Shown piece after piece: positions 29,286 through 43,187 of a stretch of DNA of 64,000 nt. The notes below the pieces were generated by a model that was not told the origin of the DNA, searched no databases, and saw nothing but the letters and a program-made list of their open reading frames with translations. Origin of the DNA: an uncultured Gemmatimonadales bacterium (GTDB taxonomy: Bacteria; Gemmatimonadota; Gemmatimonadetes; Gemmatimonadales; GWC2-71-9). A program made the translations under genes and the position numbers. Position 1 is the first letter of the stretch, and the number at the start of each line of letters is the position of its first letter. Location: positions 128,001-192,000 of the forward strand of contig CAWJIM010000016.1 in NCBI GenBank assembly GCA_963842945.1, in the 5' to 3' direction.

Positions 29286-30086
29286 GTGAGCCGGACCTTC
29301 CTCGCCACGCTTCACTACGACGGCACCGGCTTTGTCGGATGGCAACGTCAGCCGGCCGGCCGTTCGGTTCAAGCTGAATTCGAGCGGGTCCTCGAACGCA
29401 TCTTCGGCCGTCACGTGGCAGCCCATGCCGCCGGTCGCACCGATGCCGGTGTGCACTCGGTGGGTCAGGGTGTCAGCTTTACCGCTCCGGCCGGCTGGAC
29501 CGAAGAATCCCTTCATCGCGCGCTGAACGCCTTGCTTCCCGGTGACTGCTGGGCCGCATCCGTTCATCCCATGCTCTCAGGATTCCACGCCAGAAAGTCG
29601 GCCCTTTCCCGGCGCTACCGCTACGACATCGGAACCGACGAGGCCTCGGCTTCACCGTTTCGCCGCCGATTCGAATGGGCGCTGAAGCGGTCGCTGGATT
29701 TTGCCCTGCTCCAGTCCTCTGCTGAGCGGCTCCGCGGCGAGCACGACTTCAAGGCCTTTGCTGCCAAGGGCGATAAGCCGCACCACCATTGCCGGCTGCT
29801 GCTCTCCTACTGGGAGCACCGGCCTGGTGAGCGGGGCGTGAGCTATCACGTGGAGGCAGACCGCTTCCTCCATCACATGGTCCGGATGCTGGTAGGCACC
29901 ATGGTCGATGTCGGATTGGGCCGGCGTCCGATTGACGACATAGACGCGCTGCTCGTGCGGCAGGATAACAGCGAGACCAGTCCTCCGGCTCCGCCGCAGG
30001 GGCTGTACTTCACCAGCGTGACGTATTTGCCGGAGTTGTTCCAGTCGTCAGTGGAGGCAACTCATGCCGCTGCGCCGGTCAGCTAG
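29286..30086 (+). CDS. truA: tRNA pseudouridine(38-40) synthase
   Basis: YDGTGFVGWQRQ, AGRTDAGVH, FHAR, GEHDF, FLHHMVR, APPQGL. Confidence 0.96.
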   Translation: MSRTFLATLHYDGTGFVGWQRQPAGRSVQAEFERVLERIFGRHVAAHAAGRTDAGVHSVGQGVSFTAPAGWTEESLHRALNALLPGDCWAASVHPMLSGFHARKSALSRRYRYDIGTDEASASPFRRRFEWALKRSLDFALLQSSAERLRGEHDFKAFAAKGDKPHHHCRLLLSYWEHRPGERGVSYHVEADRFLHHMVRMLVGTMVDVGLGRRPIDDIDALLVRQDNSETSPPAPPQGLYFTSVTYLPELFQSSVEATHAAAPVS

Positions 30087-31482
30087 CTTTTTGCTGGCGG
30101 CGGGGGTCGCCGGCATCGGCTGCCGTGATGCGCCAGAGCGCGAGCTCAGGGTGGCCACGGCAGGAGCCCAGACATCATCTCGAGTCGCGTCGACCCAAAA
30201 GTCCGTCGATGTCTCCCGCCGGACCGCGCTGGTCACGGCCGCAGATCGGGTCTCCCGGTCGGTCGTCTCGATCAACGTCTCGTCGCGCCAGCAAGTAACG
30301 CCCCGGTCGCCCTGGGATTTCTTTTTCGTGCCGGAGGGAGCTCGCGTCGTCCAGGGCTACGGGACCGGTTTCATCCTCCGGCCGAGCGGTATCATCGTCA
30401 CCAATCAACACGTCGTGGCCGGTGCCGAGCGGGTGGTGGTCACCCTGCCCGACGGCAGCGACCTGCCCGCCACCGTGCTGGGCGAAGACCCGGTCACCGA
30501 CATCGCGGTATTGCGGGTCAAGCGGGACGGACTGCCGACCGTGGTGGTAGGCCGCAGTACGGACCTGATGATCGGCGAATGGGTCGTCGCCCTGGGCAAT
30601 CCATATGCGTACCTCCTGGGCAACGCGGAGCCGACCGTCACCGTTGGGGTGGTGAGCGCCACCGGCCGCAACATTCTTCCGGGAGGCGACCAGACCGGAC
30701 TGTACCTGGACATGATTCAGACCGACGCCGCGATCAACCCGGGGAATTCGGGCGGACCGCTGACCAACGCGCTGGGTGAGGTCGTGGGAGTCAACTCCTC
30801 CATTTTCAGTAATAGCGGCGGCTCGGTCGGCCTGGGATTCGCCATACCGATCGAACGGGCGGTCCGGGTGGCCGATGAGATCATCAAGAGTGGCACGGTG
30901 CGGCGGGCCTGGGTCGGGCTCGAAGTCGAAGGAGCGAGTGCCATGCGTGAATGGAAGAGTCAGGGAGGCGTAGCGCTCGCCAGTGTAGCGCCTGGTGGGC
31001 CGGCCGCGCGTGCCGGCCTCCAACCAGGCGATGTTCTGGTCGAGGCCAACGGCCGGCGGCTACGGAACTACCTCGACTGGGAAGCAGTCAAGCTCGATCT
31101 CCACGTGGGCGACACGGTGTCGGTGGTCCAGCGGAGCGGGAGCAGCACGGCACGGCGCCGGATCGTTACCGGCGACCTCCCGACGGTCACTGCCGAAAAG
31201 ATCACGGTGCTCCAGGACCTGCAGCTGATCAACGTCACCCCGGCCATTCAGGCGGAGCGCGGTATCCGGAGCGAGCGTGGCGCCCTGATCTTTCGGATCT
31301 CGCCTCAGGTGGGTCGCGCGACCGGGCTGCAGGCAGGAGACGTAATCCTGGCGATCAATCGCTCACCGGTTCGCAATGCCGCGGATGTATCCGACCTGAT
31401 GAACGTGCGGCCGGGACAGGTGATTCGAATCTACGTCGAGCGCGAGGCGCAGGTCACCTTTACCGATCTGATCTTCCGATGA
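30064..31482 (+). CDS. HtrA/DegP-like serine protease with two PDZ domains, probable lipoprotein
   Basis: TNQHVV, DIAVL, QTDAAINPGNSGGPL; signal peptide ending GIGC. Confidence 0.93.
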   Translation: MPLRRSASFLLAAGVAGIGCRDAPERELRVATAGAQTSSRVASTQKSVDVSRRTALVTAADRVSRSVVSINVSSRQQVTPRSPWDFFFVPEGARVVQGYGTGFILRPSGIIVTNQHVVAGAERVVVTLPDGSDLPATVLGEDPVTDIAVLRVKRDGLPTVVVGRSTDLMIGEWVVALGNPYAYLLGNAEPTVTVGVVSATGRNILPGGDQTGLYLDMIQTDAAINPGNSGGPLTNALGEVVGVNSSIFSNSGGSVGLGFAIPIERAVRVADEIIKSGTVRRAWVGLEVEGASAMREWKSQGGVALASVAPGGPAARAGLQPGDVLVEANGRRLRNYLDWEAVKLDLHVGDTVSVVQRSGSSTARRRIVTGDLPTVTAEKITVLQDLQLINVTPAIQAERGIRSERGALIFRISPQVGRATGLQAGDVILAINRSPVRNAADVSDLMNVRPGQVIRIYVEREAQVTFTDLIFR

Positions 31483-32918
31483 CAGACGACCGCTGGCGTT
31501 CTCCGCTGAGCACGCGCTACGCCTCGCCCGCCATGCAGACGCTCTGGGGCGAGGCGCGCCGGATTTCCCTCTGGCGCAGGCTCTGGCTGGCCCTGGCCGA
31601 ATCAGAGCGGGAGTTGGGCCTGGATATCCCCGATTCGGCCATCTCGCAGATGCGAGCCCACCTCGACGATGCCGATCTGGCGGCGGCTGCACGCTACGAG
31701 CGCCGATTCCGACATGATGTCATGGCTCACATTCACGCCTTTGCCGACCAGGCCCCCGCGGCTCGGCCGTTCCTCCATCTGGGCGCCACCAGCGCGTTTG
31801 TTACCGACAATGCGGACCTGATCGTCATGCGGGACGGTCTGCGGCTTCTGTTGGGCCGCCTGATTGCCGTGTTGCGCGCGCTGGAGCGGTTCGCCACTCG
31901 GTATGCCGGGCTGCCCTGCCTGGCTTACACTCACTTCCAGCCGGCCCAGCTTACCACGGTTGGAAAGCGGGCCACGCTATGGATGCAGGACTTTTCCCTC
32001 GACGTGGAGGAGATGTGTCACCGCATCGAGGGGCTTCGGCTGCGGGGTTGTAAGGGCACGACCGGGACGCAGGCCTCTTTCCTTCAGCTGTTCGGTGGGG
32101 ACCACGAGAAGGTCCGCGAGCTCGACCGGCGGGTGGCGATGAAGCTGGGAGTTCACCAGACGTTTGCGGTGACTGGCCAGACCTATACCCGCAAGGCCGA
32201 CAGCGTGGTCCTGGAGGCCCTTGGCGGCATCGCCCAGTCAGCATCGAAGATGGCCGGTGATCTCCGGCTGCTGCAGCACGAGGGAGAGCTGCTCGAGCCC
32301 TTCGAGTCTGAGCAGATCGGCTCCAGCGCCATGGCCTACAAGCGCAACCCGATGCGGGCGGAGCGCATCAGCGGCCTGGCACGGTACGTCATGGCATTAC
32401 CGGCCAACACCTCCCAGACCGCAGCGACCCAGTGGCTGGAGCGCACCCTGGACGACAGCGCAAACCGGCGGCTCACACTCCCCGAAGGATTCCTGGCCAC
32501 CGATGCCATTCTGGTTCTGGCCACGAACATCGCCGCAGGGCTGGAGGTGCGGGAAGACGTGATCCGGCAGCACGTGGCGGACCAGATGCCGTTCATGGCC
32601 ACTGAGCGCTGGCTGATGCTGGGGGTTGGTGCGGGTGGGGACCGCCAGGCGCTGCACGAGGTAATCCGGCGGCACAGCCTGGCCGTGGCGGAGGCGGTGA
32701 GCCGGGGCGAGGCCAACGATCTGCTGGCACGGCTCGCGGCGGATCCCGCCTTCCGGACCGTCTCGACGGCTGCACTCCAGGCCGAGCTGGACCCGGTTAA
32801 CTACACCGGCCGGGCGGCGCAGCAGGTCCCGGAGTTTATCGACGAGTACCTGCAACCGCTGCTGGCTCGTGCCCGGCCGTTGGCAGCAGAGGCCGAAGCA
32901 ACGGAGGTGGTGGTATGA
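31479..32918 (+). CDS. purB: Adenylosuccinate lyase
   Basis: SPLSTRYAS, RHDVMAH, HLGATS, THFQPAQ, GSSAMAYKRNP; ATG 31479 overlaps the htrA stop. Confidence 0.96.
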   Translation: MTDDRWRSPLSTRYASPAMQTLWGEARRISLWRRLWLALAESERELGLDIPDSAISQMRAHLDDADLAAAARYERRFRHDVMAHIHAFADQAPAARPFLHLGATSAFVTDNADLIVMRDGLRLLLGRLIAVLRALERFATRYAGLPCLAYTHFQPAQLTTVGKRATLWMQDFSLDVEEMCHRIEGLRLRGCKGTTGTQASFLQLFGGDHEKVRELDRRVAMKLGVHQTFAVTGQTYTRKADSVVLEALGGIAQSASKMAGDLRLLQHEGELLEPFESEQIGSSAMAYKRNPMRAERISGLARYVMALPANTSQTAATQWLERTLDDSANRRLTLPEGFLATDAILVLATNIAAGLEVREDVIRQHVADQMPFMATERWLMLGVGAGGDRQALHEVIRRHSLAVAEAVSRGEANDLLARLAADPAFRTVSTAALQAELDPVNYTGRAAQQVPEFIDEYLQPLLARARPLAAEAEATEVVV

Positions 32919-33844
32919 GGCCGCAGGCCACGCTGGTGCAGAGCCGTTTGCCGCTCCCTTTGCTGCGCCGGGGAAAGGTGCGCGAGGTCTACGAGGTCGA
33001 CGACGAGCACCTGCTGATCGTCGCGAGCGATCGGGTGAGTGCGTTTGACGTGGTGATGCGGGAGCCGGTGCCCTACAAGGGCGCGGTGTTGACTCAAATC
33101 AGCGCTTTCTGGTTCGAGCGCTTGGCCGACGTCTTTCCCTCGCATTACATCACGGCCCGAACCGGGGAAATCATTGAGCGGCTACCTGAGCTGGGCGGCA
33201 TCCGGTCCGAGCTGGCGGGTCGGGCCATGCTGGTTCGACGGGCGCCGCCCGTGCCCTTCGAGTGCGTGGTGCGAGGTTACCTCTCGGGCTCGGCCTGGGC
33301 GGAATACCGCGACCGGGGAACGTTGGCGGGCGAGCGGCTGCCGCAGGGACTGGTGGAAAGCCAGCGGCTGGATCCTCCACTCTTTTCGCCCGCAACCAAG
33401 GCGGAAACCGGACACGATCTCAACGTCACCTTCGGTGCCGTGGGGGAGACGCTGGGACGCGATCTCGCAGAGCGGCTCCGGGATGCCAGCTTTGCCATCT
33501 ATGAGGCGGGTCGAGACCACGCCGCCCGGAACGGTATTATCATCGCCGATACAAAATTCGAGTTCGGGATGGACCCCCACGGCGAGCTGCGGCTGATCGA
33601 TGAGCTTCTGACGCCCGACTCTTCCCGGTTCTGGCCGGCCGACCGGTACCAGGCGGGCCATGCCCAGCCCAGCTTCGACAAGCAACCGCTCCGGGACTAT
33701 CTGGCCTCCCTCAAGTCGGCCAGCCAATGGACCGGCGAAGCCCCTCCGCCGGCGCTTCCTCCTGAAGTTGTGCAGGCCACCAGCCGACGCTATCTCGAGG
33801 CCTTCCGTTTGCTCACCGGACGTGAGCTGGTGGTCGACCCGTGA
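32915..33844 (+). CDS. purC: SAICAR synthase
   Basis: RGKVREVY, SDRVSAFD, ECVVRGYLSGS, ADTKFEFG, DELLTPDSSRFW, DKQ. Confidence 0.96.
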   Translation: MRPQATLVQSRLPLPLLRRGKVREVYEVDDEHLLIVASDRVSAFDVVMREPVPYKGAVLTQISAFWFERLADVFPSHYITARTGEIIERLPELGGIRSELAGRAMLVRRAPPVPFECVVRGYLSGSAWAEYRDRGTLAGERLPQGLVESQRLDPPLFSPATKAETGHDLNVTFGAVGETLGRDLAERLRDASFAIYEAGRDHAARNGIIIADTKFEFGMDPHGELRLIDELLTPDSSRFWPADRYQAGHAQPSFDKQPLRDYLASLKSASQWTGEAPPPALPPEVVQATSRRYLEAFRLLTGRELVVDP

Positions 33845-34494
33845 TCCGAACGGCACCGGAAGGTCGCTGGTTCATGGTTATCGCCTGGGCCATTTCGCTG
33901 GGGCTCTGGCTGGCAGTTTGGCGCTACGCGACTCCAACTTGGTGGATCGCCGCTGTGCTCTGGACCGTGCTGGCGGTCTGGGTGGTAGCCTTCTTTCGAG
34001 ATCCCAATCGCCAGGGCCAACGGGGAGACCGACTCATCCTGGCTCCGGCCGATGGCAAGGTGGTGAGTATCGTCGAAGTCGAGGAGCCGGCTTTTTTCCA
34101 GGGGCGGGCCACCCGGGTCTCGATTTTCATGAACGTGTTCAACTGCCACGTGAATCGGTATCCCACGGACGGAACGGTGGAGTACCGCCAGTACAACCCC
34201 GGCAAGTTCGGTCACGCCGCCGCTGAGAAGTCGAGTCTGGACAACGAACAGTCCAGCGTTGGGCTGGTCAATGGGCGGGGGAAGGTTCTGATCCGTCAGA
34301 TCGCGGGTCTGATCGCTCGACGGATCGTCACCGATCACGAGGTGGGAACTCGAGTGCAGCAGGGTCAGCGCATGGGGATGATTCGCTTCGGCTCTCGAGT
34401 CGACCTGTTCTTGCCTCCGGCCAATGCCCGCGTCCTGGTCAAGACCGGCGATAACACTCTGGTAGGAGTAACTGTGGTGGCCGAATGGAGCTGA
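33841..34494 (+). CDS. psd: Phosphatidylserine decarboxylase proenzyme
   Basis: FFRDPNR, APADGKV, IFMNVFNCHVNR, QIAGLIARRI, IRFGSRVD self-cleavage motif. Confidence 0.93.
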   Translation: MIRTAPEGRWFMVIAWAISLGLWLAVWRYATPTWWIAAVLWTVLAVWVVAFFRDPNRQGQRGDRLILAPADGKVVSIVEVEEPAFFQGRATRVSIFMNVFNCHVNRYPTDGTVEYRQYNPGKFGHAAAEKSSLDNEQSSVGLVNGRGKVLIRQIAGLIARRIVTDHEVGTRVQQGQRMGMIRFGSRVDLFLPPANARVLVKTGDNTLVGVTVVAEWS

Positions 34495-35363
34495 GACAGC
34501 GACGCGAGCGCCTTCCCCGACCGACCATGCGTCATGTGGTGGTGGTGATGCCGAGTGCCTTCACGCTCGGCAATCTGTTCTTTGGCTTCTGGTCTATCGT
34601 GTCGGCGTTCAACGGCAATTTCCGATGGGCGGGATGGTTCATCGTCTTCGCCGGAATTCTCGACATGCTGGATGGGCGGGTGGCCCGACTGTCCGGCACC
34701 GGAACCCGCTTCGGCGAGCAGCTCGATTCTTTGGTGGACCTGATCTCCTTCGGGATGGCCCCCGCCCTGCTGATGTACTTCCTTGATTTTTCCAATGCCG
34801 GCCGCTTCGCCTGGATCCTGTGCTACATCTACGTGGTCGCGGTTGCACTGCGATTGGCCCGCTTCAACGTGCTCTCTGCCGGCAGGCCTTCCACCGGCTG
34901 GTTCACTGGCATGCCCTCACCCTCGGCCGGCATGACGCTGGCCGTCTACTATCCCTTCAGCCAAACCAACTGGTATCGCGCCTCACTGGCCTACCTCGAT
35001 TTGCAGCACGAGGGATTGGTCGTGCTCATGCTGTTGCTGGCGGTGCTGATGGTCAGCAACGTCAAGTACCCGAAGTTTCCTCCTATCGGGGTCCGAAGCG
35101 CGCGAGGGATTCTGGGCCTCACCGTCCATCTCCTCATTCTGCTCGGCGGAATCTTCGCACCTGAGTATTTTTTGTTCCCATTGGGATTGTTGTATATGGC
35201 CTTCGGACTGATCCGCACGACAGTGCTGGGACTGATGGAACGGCCGGAGCCGGTCACGGTGGTCGGGGAGCGTGTGGCCGACGCCCATGATCCTACGCTG
35301 CCGCCACCGCTCTCGCATGAGCGCCGGAGACACTCAGGGGACCGCCGACAGGAGGCCGAATAA
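34485..35363 (+). CDS. pssA: CDP-diacylglycerol--serine O-phosphatidyltransferase
   Basis: DMLDGRVAR...FGEQLDSLVDLISFG CDP-alcohol motif, LRLARFN, FTGMPSP. Confidence 0.93.
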   Translation: MELRQRRERLPRPTMRHVVVVMPSAFTLGNLFFGFWSIVSAFNGNFRWAGWFIVFAGILDMLDGRVARLSGTGTRFGEQLDSLVDLISFGMAPALLMYFLDFSNAGRFAWILCYIYVVAVALRLARFNVLSAGRPSTGWFTGMPSPSAGMTLAVYYPFSQTNWYRASLAYLDLQHEGLVVLMLLLAVLMVSNVKYPKFPPIGVRSARGILGLTVHLLILLGGIFAPEYFLFPLGLLYMAFGLIRTTVLGLMERPEPVTVVGERVADAHDPTLPPPLSHERRRHSGDRRQEAE

Positions 35364-35614
35364 TGACCTTTCGGGTACACGTGCGAGTGATGCCGCGCAC
35401 CGGGCTGCTGGATCCCCAGGGCCAGGCCGTCGAGCACGCGCTTTCGGCCCTCGGTTTTGCCGAAGCCGGAGCCGTCCGGGTCGGCCGGGCGATTGAGCTG
35501 GACCTGGATGCCGGTTCACGGGACGAGGCAGAAGCGAGGGCCCGGCTGATGTGCGACAAGTTACTGGCCAATCCGGTCACCGAGGACTATCTGCTGGCCG
35601 TGGAGGAGGACTGA
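35363..35614 (+). CDS. purS: FGAM synthase subunit PurS
   Basis: LDPQGQAV, VRVGR, MCDKLLANPVTEDY. Confidence 0.95.
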   Translation: MTFRVHVRVMPRTGLLDPQGQAVEHALSALGFAEAGAVRVGRAIELDLDAGSRDEAEARARLMCDKLLANPVTEDYLLAVEED

Positions 35615-36330
35615 TGACCCGGGTGGCGATCGTGCGTTTTCCCGGCAGCAACTGCGACTTCGACACCCTGCGTGCCGCCCAGAGCCACGGTGGAGAGGCC
35701 TACTTTGTGTGGCATCGCGACACCGATCTGAAGGGCGCCGACATCGTCATACTCCCCGGCGGCTTCAGTTACGGCGACTACCTGCGGAGCGGTGCTATTG
35801 CGCGATTCAGCCCCATCATGCAGGCGGTGCAGCGCCACGCCGCCGATGGAGGACCGCTGCTCGGGATCTGTAATGGATTCCAAATCCTGTGCGAGGCCCA
35901 GCTGCTGCCCGGGGCTCTGTTGAGGAATGCGGGGCTCACGTTCGTTTCCAAGCCGGTCGATGTCACCGTCGAGCAAACCGACACGGCGTTCACCTGTGAT
36001 TACGAGCCGGGAGCCCGGCTGCGCCTACCGGTAGCTCACGGAGAAGGGCGGTACGTGGCCTCGCCCGACACCCTGCGCATGCTCGAGGCCGAGGGCCTGG
36101 TAGTTCTCCGGTACGTCGCCGCTACGGAGCGCTCGCCGTTCCAACCGAACCCCAACGGCGCGACCAATCACATCGCCGGTATCTGCAATCCCGCGGGCAA
36201 CATCGTGGGCATCATGCCCCATCCCGAGCGGGCAATTGACCGCCTGCTCGGCTTAACGGGAGGGGGCGGGTTCTTCACCTCTCCCGTCTCATCGCACCAG
36301 AACGCCGCCACCGCAAGGACTCAGGAATGA
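35614..36330 (+). CDS. purQ: FGAM synthase glutaminase subunit
   Basis: FPGSNCD, PGGFSYGDYLR, GICNGFQ, AHGEG, MPHPER. Confidence 0.96.
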   Translation: MTRVAIVRFPGSNCDFDTLRAAQSHGGEAYFVWHRDTDLKGADIVILPGGFSYGDYLRSGAIARFSPIMQAVQRHAADGGPLLGICNGFQILCEAQLLPGALLRNAGLTFVSKPVDVTVEQTDTAFTCDYEPGARLRLPVAHGEGRYVASPDTLRMLEAEGLVVLRYVAATERSPFQPNPNGATNHIAGICNPAGNIVGIMPHPERAIDRLLGLTGGGGFFTSPVSSHQNAATARTQE

Positions 36331-36695
36331 AGTCGGACAAGCCCAGTCGCAACGAAGAGGAATACTTTGCCCGCGAAGACGCCGAATTGATGCGGCGTGA
36401 GCGGGCGCGCGCCCACGCGGCTTCCACCGCGGCGGAACGCGAGTCACACTACATGAAGTGCCCCAAGGATGGCTACGATCTCACCAGCAGCAATGTTCAC
36501 GGGGTTCAGATCGAGACCTGTCCTCATTGCGGCGGCATGTGGCTCGACCCGGGTGAACTGGAGGCCGTGTCCCACGAGGAGCGGCCGAATGTGTTCACCC
36601 GAGTGCTGTCCGACGTGCTTTCGACCTTCCGCCGGTCTCCCCGGGGTCGCCAGGCGGACAAGCCCGTGCATGACCCGGGCAACCCTCTCAGCTGA
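36327..36695 (+). CDS. Small zinc-ribbon (zf-TFIIB-like) protein
   Basis: NEEEYFARE helix, then CPKD...CPHCGGMWLDPGELE. Confidence 0.8.
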   Translation: MKSDKPSRNEEEYFAREDAELMRRERARAHAASTAAERESHYMKCPKDGYDLTSSNVHGVQIETCPHCGGMWLDPGELEAVSHEERPNVFTRVLSDVLSTFRRSPRGRQADKPVHDPGNPLS

Positions 36696-36704
36696 GGAGC
36701 GGGA

Positions 36705-39017
36705 GTGACGGTTTCCGGCGTTGTCAGCGCAGCCAGCGAAACGATCACAGGGCCGGGGGAGCGTCCGGTAACTCCGGAGCTGGTGCGAGAGCACAACATC
36801 AACGAGCTCGAGTACAGCCGGATCGTCGACCTGCTTGGCAGGACGCCCAGCTTCACGGAGCTCGGGGTCTTCTCCGCATTATGGTCGGAGCACTGCTCGT
36901 ATAAGCACTCCAGGCCGGTGCTGAAATCGTTCCCCACAGCAGGACCCCACGTTGTCCAGGGCCCGGGGGAGAACGCCGGAGTCCTGCGTCTGCCGGATGG
37001 GTGGGCGGTGGCCTTCAAGATCGAGTCCCACAATCACCCCTCTGCGGTCGAGCCCTACCAGGGGGCTGCTACCGGAGTCGGGGGTATCCTGCGCGACGTG
37101 TTCACAATGGGTGCTCGTCCGGTCGCTCTCCTGAATAGCCTCCGTTTTGGTCCACTGGATCATCCCCGCAACCGCTACCTCTTTGCCGGGGTGGTTCGCG
37201 GGGTCGGGGATTACGGGAACTGCGTCGGAGTCCCCACCCTCGGCGGCGAGGTGAACTTCGCTCCCGGGTACACCGGCAATCCGCTGGTGAACGCGATGTG
37301 CGTGGGACTGCTCCACGAGAACGATCTGATCAGAGCAGCCGCGCACGGTGTGGGGAACGTGCTGCTGGCAGTCGGTGCCCGCACCGGCCGCGATGGCATT
37401 CACGGTGCCAGCTTTGCGTCGGAGGAACTGTCCGAGAAGAGCGAAAGCCGGAGGCCCCAGGTCCAGGTGGGAGATCCCTTCACCGAAAAGCTGCTGCTGG
37501 AGGCGAGCCTGGAGCTGATCACCTCGAGGCTGATCGTGGCGATTCAGGATATGGGAGCGGCCGGACTCACCAGTTCCTCGGCCGAGATGGCCGCGCGGGG
37601 CGGCGTCGGGGTGGAGATCGATACCGGGCTGGTTCCCGTCCGGGAAGCGGGAATGACGCCGTACGAGATTCTCCTGTCCGAGTCGCAGGAGCGCATGCTG
37701 GTGGTGGCGGAGCCATCTCGGGTGGCCGAGGTCCAGGCGGTGTGCGCCAAATGGGAGCTCGACGCCACCGAGATCGGCCGGGTGACCGACGATGGCATGT
37801 TCCGGGTCAAGCACCATGGGCAGACGGTCGTCTCCATTCCTGGCCGCCGCCTGGTCGAAGACTGCCCGGTCTATTACCCCGAGGCCGAAGAAGCTGAAGA
37901 GGCGCGGCTTCGGCGATCTCAGATCGATCCGGGAGAGCCGGTGGCCGATCTCGAGGGCGCATTGGAGCTGCTTCTCGACAACGCGAACATCGCCAGCAAG
38001 CGCTGGGTCTACGAGCAATACGATTCGACAGTGCAGGCCTCCACCGTGCTTCCCCCCGGGTCTGACTCCGGCGTGATCCGGGTCCCGGGCAGCAACTTTG
38101 GCATTGCCATGTCGGTGGACTGCAACGCCCGGCTGGTAGCCCTCGATCCCTACGAGGGAGGCAAGGCCGCGGTGGCGGAAGCGGCCCGCAACGTGGCCTC
38201 GAGCGGAGCCAAGCCGTTGGGCATTACCAACTGCCTCAATTTCGGGAATCCCGAAAAACCCGACGTCTTCTTTCAGTTCCGCGAGGCTTGCCGAGGGATA
38301 GGGGACGCGTGCCGCGCCTTCGGCACTCCGGTCACTGGGGGCAACGTCTCCTTCTACAACGAGAGCCCCACCGGGGCGGTCGATCCCACTCCCACCATCG
38401 GCATGATCGGCCTGCTGGACGATGTAGAAGACCGGGTTGCCAGCTATTTCGACTCCCCGGGCGATGAGGTGTTCATTCTGGGCCAAACCAGCGGAATCCT
38501 GGGCGGGTCAGCCTATTGGGCCGACGTCTGCGATTTTGTCGGAGGCGATCCGCCGGCGGTGGATCTCGATGCCGAGCTTCGGCTGCAACGTTTCCTGGTG
38601 GACGCGGCTCAGCGCCGGATGCTGCGCTCGGCGCATGACTGCTCCGAAGGCGGCCTGGCGGTGGCGCTGGCGGAAGCCGTGATCGGCGGCCCTTACGTTC
38701 CGGGGAGCCTGGGTGCCGGACTCGACCTGACCGGCTACGCCCCCGAGCTGCCCATGGACGGACTGCTGTTCGGCGAGGATGGGGCCCGAGCGGTCATTTC
38801 GTGTTCCCCGGCCGCTGCCCGACCGCTCATCGCGTTGGCGGATCAGCACACTGTGCCGATCTTCCGGGCCGGGCTGGTCGAGAGTGCTGGAACCCTGGAA
38901 CTCCAAGTGGGCCCCCACCTGTTCTCCTGGAGCACCGAAGCATTGCGACGGATCTACTACGAGGCGATCCCCCGGCGAATGCAGCATGCCGACGTGGACC
39001 GCACGGCAGGAGAATAG
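36705..39017 (+). CDS. purL: FGAM synthase subunit PurL
   Basis: [55 protein letters not shown]. Confidence 0.97.
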   Translation: MTVSGVVSAASETITGPGERPVTPELVREHNINELEYSRIVDLLGRTPSFTELGVFSALWSEHCSYKHSRPVLKSFPTAGPHVVQGPGENAGVLRLPDGWAVAFKIESHNHPSAVEPYQGAATGVGGILRDVFTMGARPVALLNSLRFGPLDHPRNRYLFAGVVRGVGDYGNCVGVPTLGGEVNFAPGYTGNPLVNAMCVGLLHENDLIRAAAHGVGNVLLAVGARTGRDGIHGASFASEELSEKSESRRPQVQVGDPFTEKLLLEASLELITSRLIVAIQDMGAAGLTSSSAEMAARGGVGVEIDTGLVPVREAGMTPYEILLSESQERMLVVAEPSRVAEVQAVCAKWELDATEIGRVTDDGMFRVKHHGQTVVSIPGRRLVEDCPVYYPEAEEAEEARLRRSQIDPGEPVADLEGALELLLDNANIASKRWVYEQYDSTVQASTVLPPGSDSGVIRVPGSNFGIAMSVDCNARLVALDPYEGGKAAVAEAARNVASSGAKPLGITNCLNFGNPEKPDVFFQFREACRGIGDACRAFGTPVTGGNVSFYNESPTGAVDPTPTIGMIGLLDDVEDRVASYFDSPGDEVFILGQTSGILGGSAYWADVCDFVGGDPPAVDLDAELRLQRFLVDAAQRRMLRSAHDCSEGGLAVALAEAVIGGPYVPGSLGAGLDLTGYAPELPMDGLLFGEDGARAVISCSPAAARPLIALADQHTVPIFRAGLVESAGTLELQVGPHLFSWSTEALRRIYYEAIPRRMQHADVDRTAGE

Positions 39018-39018
39018 C

Positions 39019-40409
39019 ATGTGTGGTATCATCGGCGTTTCCGCGCTACCTGACGCAGCCCGGCTGGCCTATCTCGGCCTCTACGCTCTGCAGCATCGGG
39101 GACAGGAGAGCGCGGGTATCGTGGCCATGGATGGGGAGGGTGTGGCCCGCTCTCACCGAGGCATGGGTCTGGTCTCGGAAAACTTCGACGATCAGAGCCT
39201 GGCCGGCCTTCCCGGTGACGTCGCGGTAGGGCACACCCGCTACTCGACCACCGGTAGCACGGTTCTCGCAAACGCACAGCCCTGCAGCGTCAACACCAGG
39301 TGTGGTCCCCTGGCCATCGCCCACAACGGCAACCTGATCAATGCCGATGCCATCAAGCGGGATCTGGTCGAGCGCGGCGCCATCTTCACTAGCTCGAGCG
39401 ACACCGAGGTGTTGGTGCACCTCATTGCCCGCTCGGACGAGGACACCGTAGATGATCAGATCCGGGATGCCCTGGAGCAGGTCGACGGCGCCTACAGCCT
39501 GATCATTACGGTTGGCCGGACCATGTATGCGGCGGTGGATAGCCGGGGCTTTCGGCCGCTGGTTATCGGCCGGCTGGGGACGGGCATCGTGGTAGCCTCG
39601 GAGTCATGCGCTCTCGATCTGATCGGGGCCACCTTCCATTGCGAGCTCCGGCCCGGTGACTTCGTCCGGGTCGACAATGGCCAGGTAACCCACCTGCCTC
39701 GCCTGGCTCCCCGGCCGGTCACGCGCTGCGTGTTCGAGCTGGTTTACTTCGCCCGCCCCGACAGCACCGTGTTCGGCGAGTCAGTCGACCGGGTCCGTCG
39801 GGAGCTGGGACGGCAACTAGCTCGGGAACAGCCCGCGCCGGACGGTGAGGTGGTGTTCAGCGTTCCCGACAGCTCCAACGCGATGGCGCTGGGATTTTCC
39901 GAGGTATCCGGGATCAAGCTGGAGTACGGGCTCATCCGGAACCATTATGTGGGGCGCACGTTCATCAATCCCACGCAGGCGCTCAGGGTGGCCAAGGTCA
40001 AGATCAAGTTCAACCCGGTGCGAGAAGTGATCCATGGCAAGTCGGTGGTTGTGGTGGATGACAGCCTGGTCCGGGGCAACACCAGCAAGGAGCTGGTGCA
40101 GATGATCCGCTCCGCCGGCGCCCGGGAGGTGCATCTCCGCCTGAGTTCACCGCCGATTACCGGCCCATGTCACTACGGCATCGACACGCCCAGCCGGGAA
40201 GAGCTGATCGCCGCCACCCACTCGATTGAAGAGATCCGTCAGTTCCTCGGCGTCGACAGCCTGGGCTACCTCTCGCTCAACGGGATGCTTCACGCGGCCG
40301 GCAAGGACACCGGATTCTGTCACGCCTGTTTCTCGGGCAAGTACCCTACCCCGACCCCTGACGACCCGGTGCGTCTTCGACATGCGACACCCCTGATCGC
40401 TACTCCCGC

Positions 40410-40413
<4 letters not shown>
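39019..40413 (+). CDS. purF: Amidophosphoribosyltransferase
   Basis: MCGIIG (N-terminal nucleophile Cys), LQHRGQE, GHTRYST, CVFELVYFARPDS, VDDSLVRG, CHACFSG. Confidence 0.97.
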
Positions 40414-43076
<2,663 letters not shown>

Positions 43077-43187
43077 CGTGCCGCGCGACGCAGGCCCGCG
43101 CAAAGATCCTTGCCATCCGCATCGGCCCGCCTCTAATTCCTGCCTCTCGAAGGTGATTGCGCGGCCCCAGTCTCCCGGAGGATGCGA

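Noticed and set aside
30951..31478. Long N-terminal extension of PurB (similar extensions on purF, panC, trpD, folK)
   Set aside because: These overlap the upstream gene or promoter; family-typical starts lie downstream.
43077..43187. Purine or ZTP riboswitch upstream of purE
   Set aside because: No recognisable aptamer motifs; only a weak TTGCCA/TAATTC promoter-like signal.
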